DNA of 64,000 nucleotides from Desulfurococcales archaeon. Its GTDB lineage: Archaea; Thermoproteota; Thermoprotei_A; Sulfolobales; Desulfurococcaceae. The stretch's first letter is position 1. Every line of letters starts with the position of its first letter. The stretch covers positions 160,001-224,000 of the forward strand of contig JALVYU010000031.1 in NCBI GenBank assembly GCA_027022365.1. Reading direction: 5' to 3'. A program made the position numbers and the translations under genes. Positions 47,473 to 55,679 of this stretch are shown piece after piece. Below the pieces are notes generated by a model. The model searched no databases and was not told the DNA's origin. It was given only the letters and a program-made list of their open reading frames with translations.

Positions 47473-48696
47473 TTGCAAATAAGGATAGCCGACCCAGAGG
47501 ATCTGGAAGGAATAACTAGTGTTCTCAGGGAATCATTCAACGTATACCGCTGCATAGGGATAGACAAGGAGTACTTAGAAAAGCTCTTCAGAGTAGACGA
47601 TAGTGTTACATCCAATGCCGTATTCGTAGTAGAGGAGGACGGCAGAATAGTCTCGGTAACAATGGTTGTTGAGCGAGAGATAAGGACTGCTATAGGATGG
47701 TTACCCTTCGCGGGAATCGCCAATGTTGCCACGCACCCTAAGTATAGAGGTAGAGGTCTTGCCTCGAAGCTTCTCGCATTCATAGAGAAGCACTATGAAG
47801 AGAAGCAATACCCGCTGATAGGCCTTCTGGCAGGCTATGGTGAGCCGGCCCATAGGCTGTATCGTCGCAGAGGATTTTATGACATCGCCTATTACAGGGA
47901 GAGAATATTCGTGCTAGACGATATACCTAAGCTGGTATCACAGCTAAGAATAAGAACCTATGGAGAAAAACTGGATGGATCAGTACTCCCGATAACGGAG
48001 GCAGGAGCAGAACAACTTTATAAGCTCTATAATTCATGGATAGCAGCCAGATATTATGGCGTCTTCAAACGCTCCCTGAGAAGATGGAGGGGGATCCTGG
48101 AGACTAACCAGTATGCTACATGGTTTCTCGGCGACCACGCTGAGGGATGGTACTATGAACTGGAAAGTGGCAAGGCATACTCTTTGGTCTACATGATCAA
48201 GAATTCTCCGCTGAGTGGATGCAGGGATCGTTATGCCGCATACATACTAGAGATTGTTGCAGAGCCGCGTCATTACCCGCTCGTTCTAGCGGATACTCTG
48301 GAGAAACTGGTCGATTCTGGCGCTAAAACCATATACTATAGGCCTCCTCCCGACAAGGAATACATGGTGGAGAAAACCCGGCTCATAGTACCCGATGAAA
48401 CCCTCATGGTGAAGCCATGTTGTGCGGAATGCTTGGTCAAGCTCCTCCAGAACCATTTTAAGGAAGCAACAATAAATGTGGACAGCCGAGCAAACATAGT
48501 CATGGAATACCCGTCCGGGGCGATAGAGTTTACACCTGATAGTCTGCTAAGGATAATCCTGGGCGTCTCGGATCCCTTCGAAGAATACTTTAATGGAAAG
48601 ATAAGAGTGAGGGGTGACTATAAGATATTGTTAGAGGGGTTCAGTGCGGACTTGATATTCAGACCGCACTATATCCCTCTCATAGACAAGTGGTAA
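47473..48696 (+). CDS. GNAT N-acetyltransferase (Eis-like multi-domain)
   Basis: GIANVATHPKYRGRGLAS, LYRRRGF; 407 aa with an SCP2-like C-terminus. Confidence 0.82.
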   Translation: MQIRIADPEDLEGITSVLRESFNVYRCIGIDKEYLEKLFRVDDSVTSNAVFVVEEDGRIVSVTMVVEREIRTAIGWLPFAGIANVATHPKYRGRGLASKLLAFIEKHYEEKQYPLIGLLAGYGEPAHRLYRRRGFYDIAYYRERIFVLDDIPKLVSQLRIRTYGEKLDGSVLPITEAGAEQLYKLYNSWIAARYYGVFKRSLRRWRGILETNQYATWFLGDHAEGWYYELESGKAYSLVYMIKNSPLSGCRDRYAAYILEIVAEPRHYPLVLADTLEKLVDSGAKTIYYRPPPDKEYMVEKTRLIVPDETLMVKPCCAECLVKLLQNHFKEATINVDSRANIVMEYPSGAIEFTPDSLLRIILGVSDPFEEYFNGKIRVRGDYKILLEGFSADLIFRPHYIPLIDKW

Positions 48697-48878
48697 TGAA
48701 TTTTCTTTAAAGGTAAGTAAAATAATATATTGTTTCTCACGACAGCCCATAAGGATTCCGGCCAGGCAGAGTACTGTAGCCCCGCATTCATGTATGTTAT
48801 AATGTTTCCCAGTCTTTTCAATAATTACTAACGTTACAATAATCGCATATGACTCCTCATAGAAGGATTGGTGGGAAT

Positions 48879-51800
48879 GTGAGATTATCGCCTAAACCTG
48901 TCCTGCTCGGTCTTCTGATAATAATTAGTCTTCTAGCACCCATTGCTACTCTAACGATGTCAAGCTCTACCGAAAAAGTGGGAATCGCACTGATCTTCCC
49001 GGATCACCGGCCCGGCAACCCGGCCTATGCTAATGCCACAGTCGACGTACTAATAACAATCAATAAACTGATCTATTCATCACAGCCCGAACTATACATG
49101 ATCACGGCTCCGGCCTCTCTACCCATAGCAATGCCTAAGGGCACTATCGTAGGGTACGTGACTCTACAGGAATACCAGGTAATAGCCGAAGCAGTAGCAA
49201 AGACTGGTGGTTACGTTAAGCTAGTTAAGATCAGTAAGCTACCAGCGGTGCCAGCTATACAGTTATTGCCTATAAGGATCGCCGTGTTCGACAATGGAGC
49301 TATTGGAGAAATAAGTCTCCCAGACGTGTTGACGAAAATGGGGTTCAAGTACAGTGTTCTTGAGAATTCTTCTATAACCGATTTACTCCGACATAAATAC
49401 GATCTTGTCATACTACCGCCCGGAAGCGGAACTGCAACGGCACGAGCTCTAGGTATTGGAGGATCTAAAATACTGGCCAAATTTGTCGCAACAGGAGGTG
49501 GCCTCATAGGCATATGTGCCGGAGCATATGCTGTGATAAAAGGATATAATGAACCGACATCATGGCTCCAGCTTGTCGCTGCAACCCTTAAGAACTGGCC
49601 AATATGGTATCTCGGCGTAGGAGTCGTAGAGATAAACATTACTGGCGATACTCCGGTAACCTATGGCTTCAAGGGCCCCGCGGAATTCATTTACTGGAAC
49701 GGCCCTGTCCTAGTACCCTATAACTTAGGCTCCGATACTACACTAGGACTAGCAGTCGAGCCGCCTACACCGCTTGCCTATTACATAGGACCCCTAGGAA
49801 CAGAATCCTTTAAGCCAGGCAGTGGTCTCAATCTCACCTATGTGGCCAACGTCATGAAGGACGGCTACGCCATTACCGTGTCCACTTATGGTAGTGGCAG
49901 AATAGTACTATTCTCTGTACACCCAGAGCTCATGGAGGGCCTAGTCTCAGAGACTCCAAAGGCTAGGCTCCAGGACGACTATAACTGGAGAATGCTCTGG
50001 AACGCGATCTACTATGTTGCTGGTAAGAGGGTGAACCTTGGACAGAGAATAATCGGTACATGGATGTGGCCATCACTAATAACACATGCATACCAAGCAT
50101 TGCTTAAGGAGAAATACCCGTCCGGCGCTACAGCCGAGGAGAAACTAGCCGTCCTAAAGGAGGCCCTTAACTATATAGCATTGGAGCTTAAATCCTACAA
50201 CATAACCGACGTATTCCTCGAAGTAAAACTCTTGTCAGGAACACTTATCTGGCCCAGTAGTCTCGCCGAGAAATACCGTGTTCCTACACTATGCGGAAAA
50301 GACGGTGAAGAGCCATGGAACCTGACAAACGTAGTCAAGCTATTCGCTGATACACTGCATAAATACGGGATAAGGCTCCATGCATGGATTATAGTATGGT
50401 ATGATATGACATGGGGTAAGCGCGACCCCATGTATCATTGTGCTAAATGGTACTCAGCCACAAAGTATAGGCCGCCTTACCCCGTAACAAGCCGTGTACG
50501 ATTATTCAACACAACATACCAGGAATACATCGCGGAACTAGCCCGCGACCTAGTACTAAACTGTGACGTGGACGGAATTCAGCTAGACTACATAAGGTGG
50601 CCACACGTTGTCTATAGTTTCGGGCCAAGAGACTTCAAACTAGCAGAAGAACACGGCATTAACCTGACCAAAGTACAATGGTATGTTATGCTGACCTACT
50701 ACGGTATGCCTAACATGTCGATTCCCCCGAACCCAAGCCTGATCTTCGAGAAATACTACGTAGAGAAAGACCTCGATGTCGTTAAATGGTTTGAACTCAG
50801 AAGACAAGCTGTTGTAAACATCACAGTCAAAGTAAGAGATGCTGTCCTCTCCACTGGAAAGCACCTAATATTATCGGCCGCGCTAATGCCTGAAGAGGGC
50901 ACACCCTACGTAATACAGACAGTAACCGATCCTGCGACTGGGAAGAAATATACTGCCGAAATACCGGGCAAGGCATGGCAGTGGGTCCACTATGGACAGC
51001 ACTACTCTGACTTTGCCCGCGAAGGATACTGGCTGATCCCTATGACATACTATCTCGACTGGGGACAGCCTCCAAGCTGGATAGAAACGGTGGCCCGCTA
51101 CGCACTAAGCGTTGTCTCGAACATTAACCCGGAAGACAAAGTACTTTCAGGAATACAGGCATATGGTGGTGTGACGTATAATGATGTTCAGAACGAGATA
51201 TCATACGCCATCGAATCCGGAGCGCAGGGATGGGTATACTTCGTATGGAACGACTACCGTGACATAGCGTGGAGCTACCTCTCGAAACAATACATGCCAG
51301 AGATTGATGAGGCTAAAAACTTATTGGTAGGACCACTAATGCTCCAGGCAGAGGTTCTTAACGATACAAGTCTTGAAAAACAAATAAACGATATGGTAGC
51401 CACGATAAGATCGATTGGTACATCCTACTACAAACCATACCTGCCGACAATAGCGGGCGAAATTATAAGTAAAACAATGATGCTTGTAAAGGCATCAGCA
51501 CAAGGGCTGCTCAAGAAACTCGAAGAACAGGAAACAGTAGCAAAGGCAATAGCACCATCGCTGGCCAGCTACTATGACCATATCCTCGGCGAAGCCAGGG
51601 ATATGGTCTCAGAGATTATGTCGACGAGGAAGTTATCAGAGCTAACACCGCTCTACATGGAGCTGATCGAGAAGACTGTTCCAGCATACATCATAGTAGC
51701 AACAGCCTATAACCTATCATCGAAAATAACAGACTTAACAGGTTATACGAAGACACTGGCATTCAAGCTCTCCAGCATGATCAGTAGCGAAGAGAACAAA

Positions 51801-52088
51801 ATAGCCGAGCTAGGGAAAGTAGCCGAGAAACTATCGAGTACTCTGAGCAGCATTGAGAAGTCGATAGCCACGAATAAGGCAGAGATTACCAGCATAGAGC
51901 AAGAACTGGCAAATATGAAGAAAAATATCGATAGCTTATCTAAGGACACGTCATCGCTACAAGAAGAGCTGTCAAAGATAAAGAACAGCATAAACAACCA
52001 GTTGATCCTTGGACTTGTAGTATTAACGCTGATAATATCTATTGTAGCCCTCATAGCCGGGCTATATGCAGTGGTCAGGAAACATTAG
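48879..52088 (+). CDS. surface-anchored multidomain hydrolase: BPL_N (class I GATase-like) + GHL10/DUF187 glycoside hydrolase + coiled-coil stalk + C-terminal TM
   Basis: Signal peptide; LPPGSG, GICAGAY, NGP, SVHPE; then EVK..SG, GIRLHAW, VDGIQLDYIRWP, GQ.Y, PMTY; heptad-rich tail and TM. GTG start at 48879 (ORF from 48849). Confidence 0.82.
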   Translation: MRLSPKPVLLGLLIIISLLAPIATLTMSSSTEKVGIALIFPDHRPGNPAYANATVDVLITINKLIYSSQPELYMITAPASLPIAMPKGTIVGYVTLQEYQVIAEAVAKTGGYVKLVKISKLPAVPAIQLLPIRIAVFDNGAIGEISLPDVLTKMGFKYSVLENSSITDLLRHKYDLVILPPGSGTATARALGIGGSKILAKFVATGGGLIGICAGAYAVIKGYNEPTSWLQLVAATLKNWPIWYLGVGVVEINITGDTPVTYGFKGPAEFIYWNGPVLVPYNLGSDTTLGLAVEPPTPLAYYIGPLGTESFKPGSGLNLTYVANVMKDGYAITVSTYGSGRIVLFSVHPELMEGLVSETPKARLQDDYNWRMLWNAIYYVAGKRVNLGQRIIGTWMWPSLITHAYQALLKEKYPSGATAEEKLAVLKEALNYIALELKSYNITDVFLEVKLLSGTLIWPSSLAEKYRVPTLCGKDGEEPWNLTNVVKLFADTLHKYGIRLHAWIIVWYDMTWGKRDPMYHCAKWYSATKYRPPYPVTSRVRLFNTTYQEYIAELARDLVLNCDVDGIQLDYIRWPHVVYSFGPRDFKLAEEHGINLTKVQWYVMLTYYGMPNMSIPPNPSLIFEKYYVEKDLDVVKWFELRRQAVVNITVKVRDAVLSTGKHLILSAALMPEEGTPYVIQTVTDPATGKKYTAEIPGKAWQWVHYGQHYSDFAREGYWLIPMTYYLDWGQPPSWIETVARYALSVVSNINPEDKVLSGIQAYGGVTYNDVQNEISYAIESGAQGWVYFVWNDYRDIAWSYLSKQYMPEIDEAKNLLVGPLMLQAEVLNDTSLEKQINDMVATIRSIGTSYYKPYLPTIAGEIISKTMMLVKASAQGLLKKLEEQETVAKAIAPSLASYYDHILGEARDMVSEIMSTRKLSELTPLYMELIEKTVPAYIIVATAYNLSSKITDLTGYTKTLAFKLSSMISSEENKIAELGKVAEKLSSTLSSIEKSIATNKAEITSIEQELANMKKNIDSLSKDTSSLQEELSKIKNSINNQLILGLVVLTLIISIVALIAGLYAVVRKH

Positions 52089-52136
52089 GTTATTTATCCG
52101 TAAAACCGTTTTTTCCCTTATGGGTGTAAAGCTGTT

Positions 52137-53093
52137 TTGCGGGAATTACATCGTTTGACTAGATCTATTAGCGAATTGATCACAGCAAACGATCCGAGCC
52201 ATCGCGGGGTAATTTACCTTTTAGCCGAAGCCCTAAAGAGGAAAATAGAGGATCCACTCGGTAATGCTCTCGGATTGCTGGCGGATACTTCTTCATTAGT
52301 GATAGTAACAGGGTTTAATGTACCTCCGGATTATCGTCCTGAGACCGATGGGATAATAGGTGCGGCTGTGCTTGCAAGAGCATTTCTCGATATAGGTTCT
52401 AATGAGGTTGTGATAGTTCTTGATGATAAGGAACAGAGAATGATTATGGAACATCTTATAAAGATACTTTTGAATGTGAATGCCGTCTCGGAAAAAATAG
52501 TGTTCTTGACCCGTATTGATAACGAGTACTTATTCAGAGAGATTCTCGCCGAGGAGATCTCTTCTAGGGATATCGGGCTCGGAATATTCATCGAGAAACC
52601 ATCACCTAATAGGGAGGGAGTAATACATAATATGCGCGGCATTGACGTGACGCAACACCATCTAGACCCAAGAATATTGCTGTGTGTTTTCAAGGAAATG
52701 GGTGTCAAAACAATAGGTATAGGTGATGGCGGCAATGAAGTCGGGCTAGGAATAATAGAGGAAGATGTAAGGAAATACGTACCATATGGGAACATGTGTG
52801 CATGTCCATGTAGATCAGGTATAGCTTCATCGACCCTCACAGACACTGTGATAGTATCGACAGTCAGTAACTGGGGAGCATATGCGCTCGAAGCCCTGCT
52901 CCTAGCGATTAACGACAAGCCCGAATACATCCATAGCGGGAACGAAGAGAAAATGCTTATCGAGGAAAGCATACGAAAAGGCGCCATTGACGGAGTCCGT
53001 GGCAGAGGCTTCGTAGGCGTTGATGGAATACCGCCTAGTTTTCATGCAAATATAGTTGATACTATCAAGATGATCACTTTATCGCTTTTATAG
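52137..53093 (+). CDS. D-glutamate cyclase domain protein (DUF4392)
   Basis: VTGF, ETDG..GA..LA, IEKP, HNMRG.D, GIGDGGNEVGLG, VSNWGAY, GAIDG, VDG. Confidence 0.85.
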   Translation: MRELHRLTRSISELITANDPSHRGVIYLLAEALKRKIEDPLGNALGLLADTSSLVIVTGFNVPPDYRPETDGIIGAAVLARAFLDIGSNEVVIVLDDKEQRMIMEHLIKILLNVNAVSEKIVFLTRIDNEYLFREILAEEISSRDIGLGIFIEKPSPNREGVIHNMRGIDVTQHHLDPRILLCVFKEMGVKTIGIGDGGNEVGLGIIEEDVRKYVPYGNMCACPCRSGIASSTLTDTVIVSTVSNWGAYALEALLLAINDKPEYIHSGNEEKMLIEESIRKGAIDGVRGRGFVGVDGIPPSFHANIVDTIKMITLSLL

Positions 53094-53186
53094 TTATCTT
53101 AACTGTTTTAAAGCTACTCGACAAGATAGTGATATATACAGTTGGGGATAATGCATGCAATAAACTGTTGAATAGCTAAGGCGATA

Positions 53187-53555
53187 ATGTTGGAAATACT
53201 AATCGACAAAAAAGCGATGAAATACATTAGGAAACTAGACGAGAACCTTAGAAAAGCGGTTGAATCACTGAATGATCCCAGCCTCGTCGATAAGTTTCTC
53301 AAGAAAGCAAGTAGAATCGTTGATAAAATACATAATGAATACTGTATAGACTCTGAGTGCGACAGCCTAGTACTCGTTATAGACAATATATACTATAATA
53401 TCCTCCAGATCTTGGATGAAGCAGTTAAAAACAATATCACTTCAGACAAAGCAATAGAGCTTGTCGAAAAATACTTGTCCAAGCTTGAAAGATTACTTCC
53501 CAAAGAACACATAGAAGAGGGATCACTTATAAGAAGGTTATTTGAACTATTCTAA
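53187..53555 (+). CDS. hypothetical protein
   Basis: 122-aa AT-rich helical ORF at the right edge of the island. Confidence 0.55.
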   Translation: MLEILIDKKAMKYIRKLDENLRKAVESLNDPSLVDKFLKKASRIVDKIHNEYCIDSECDSLVLVIDNIYYNILQILDEAVKNNITSDKAIELVEKYLSKLERLLPKEHIEEGSLIRRLFELF

Positions 53556-53954
53556 TGCTAGTGTTCCAGAGAAATAACCGTTCGTAATTCTATGGGTTAA
53601 TTTATTCGGTTCTTTCCTAATTATGATCAGTATTCCACCCAACTATCTCATGGCTGTATTGATCAAATTAAGTCTCTGGACAATACCGCTATAGTGATGT
53701 CTACGACTTCTTACTCCTCGTAGACACTCTCATTTTGAAGTCTGCTAACAAATTTATAGAATAAGTATTTGGGGACAGCATAGATTGTTGTACAAATGAT
53801 ATGACGGCGTGAGAGCTTATTACTAGCATTTTTCGCGGTATTTTCGCACCTTCTGTGTTTTATAGTCCATAATAATCATTGTTGTCATGAACGCACTTTA
53901 CCATGTAGAATTTGATTTAATATGTGTGTTTAATGATTACATAGTATTGGAGGA

Positions 53955-55514
53955 ATGGTGTCCTCCATGAAATATCTATTATCTGTCGACCAGGGCACGA
54001 CTGGTACTAGGGCCGCTATATATGATGAGAAAGGAGAAATTATTGCTTGGTCCTATGTTAAGCATCATCAAATACTGCCTAAGCCGGGATGGGTTGAACA
54101 CGATCCTCTCGAGATATGGCATAATACAGTTCAGGTAATGAGAGATGCTGTAAAGAGAGCAGGCATTAGTCCAAGAGAGATCGTTGGCATAGGTGTCACC
54201 AACCAGAGAGAAACAACGGTCGTATGGGAGAAAGATACGGGTAGACCAGTATACAATGCAATAGTCTGGCAAGACTCCAGAACTATTAATAGATGTGACA
54301 GCCTTAAATACGAGGGGATAGAAGACGAGATAATAAGGCCTCTCACGGGCCTCTACGCCCATACATATTTCTCGGCAACAAAGCTGGAATGGATACTCAA
54401 ACACACACGCGACGGTGTCGAGAGGGCCAAGAAAGGAGAACTATTGTTCGGAACCATAGATTCATGGCTTATATGGAACATGACCAGAGGCTCGGAAAAC
54501 ATAACTCCAGAACGTGGAGGTGCACACGTTACAGACCCAAGCAATGCCTCTAGGACAATGCTTATGGATATAGAGAAGCTAAGGTGGAGTCCAGAGCTAC
54601 TTGAGGTATTCGGTATACCCGAGAACATGCTCCCCGTAATAAAGCCTAGTAGCTACCCTGAATCCTACGGTCTACTAAGGAAAGATATTCTAGGCGTGGA
54701 AATACCCGTCCTAGGAGATCTCGGCGACCAGCAAGCAGCGCTCGTCGGCCAAGCAGCTTTCGAGTCGGGAGAAGTCAAGTGTACCTATGGCACTGGTAGT
54801 TTCATCCTGATGAATATAGGTGGCACACCCAAACTAAGTAGCCAGGGCCTACTAACTACTGTTGCCTACCAGTTCTCGGGCCATCCACCTCGTTACGCGT
54901 TAGAGGGGAGTATAGCCTATTCTGGCGCAGCCATCGAGTGGCTGAGAGAAGGCTTGGGCTTGATAAAAGATCCCGGGGAAACCGAGGAAATATGCATGAA
55001 GACATACGAGGAAGGCTCTGCCGGAGTATACTTTGTTCCAGCCTTTAGTGGTTTGTTCGCGCCCTACTGGGACACTAAGGCGAGAGGACTGATAATAGGT
55101 ATTACGAGATACACTAAGAAACACCACATAGTTTTCGCGGTTCTAGAATCCATAGCTTTTAGAGTTAGGGACGTCGTAGATGCTATGGCGATTGACTCCG
55201 GTATAGAGCCTCTGGTCATAAAAGCGGATGGTGGAGTATCGAGGAACGACTGCCTGTTACAGCTTCAAGCCGATATATTGGGCAAACGCGTTGTTAGACC
55301 AGTAAACATAGAAACCACAAGCCTAGGAGCAGCATTCGCAGCGGGTCTTGCCTCGAGGGTTTGGAAGAGCATCGACGAACTCAAAAAGATATGGAGACCC
55401 GACAAGATATTCGAGCCTAAGATGACGCGGGAGAAAAGGGAAGAAAAGTACAAATGGTGGTTGAGAGCGGTTGAGAGAGCACTAAAATGGCTAAATACAG
55501 AGGAAGAAGTCTAG
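53955..55514 (+). CDS. glpK: glycerol kinase
   Basis: DQGTT, GWVEHDP, TNQRETT, NAIVWQD, YFSATK, GDQQAAL, KCTYGTG, FVPAFSGLFAPYW. Confidence 0.96.
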   Translation: MVSSMKYLLSVDQGTTGTRAAIYDEKGEIIAWSYVKHHQILPKPGWVEHDPLEIWHNTVQVMRDAVKRAGISPREIVGIGVTNQRETTVVWEKDTGRPVYNAIVWQDSRTINRCDSLKYEGIEDEIIRPLTGLYAHTYFSATKLEWILKHTRDGVERAKKGELLFGTIDSWLIWNMTRGSENITPERGGAHVTDPSNASRTMLMDIEKLRWSPELLEVFGIPENMLPVIKPSSYPESYGLLRKDILGVEIPVLGDLGDQQAALVGQAAFESGEVKCTYGTGSFILMNIGGTPKLSSQGLLTTVAYQFSGHPPRYALEGSIAYSGAAIEWLREGLGLIKDPGETEEICMKTYEEGSAGVYFVPAFSGLFAPYWDTKARGLIIGITRYTKKHHIVFAVLESIAFRVRDVVDAMAIDSGIEPLVIKADGGVSRNDCLLQLQADILGKRVVRPVNIETTSLGAAFAAGLASRVWKSIDELKKIWRPDKIFEPKMTREKREEKYKWWLRAVERALKWLNTEEEV

Positions 55515-55679
55515 GCTTGCGGTCAAAACTCCCTGTTCATCATCTTTTCAGCCGCGTCATCATCTATCATCCCTTATCAGAAATATATTATATGGTACAT
55601 GGTTTTTTAGAAAACGATTTGCTAGCCATCAACATAACTAGGAAAAAGTAAGGAAAAACGTTCTATCCTTAGTTTATGC

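Noticed and set aside
52331-52987. 218-aa antisense ORF and many other antisense ORFs in the track
   Set aside because: They fully overlap well-supported genes and show the Ser/Ile/Leu-rich composition of reverse-strand shadows.
53187-53555. RelE/ParE toxin call
   Set aside because: Only the N-terminus resembles RelE; the R.G.YR motif and an adjacent antitoxin are absent.
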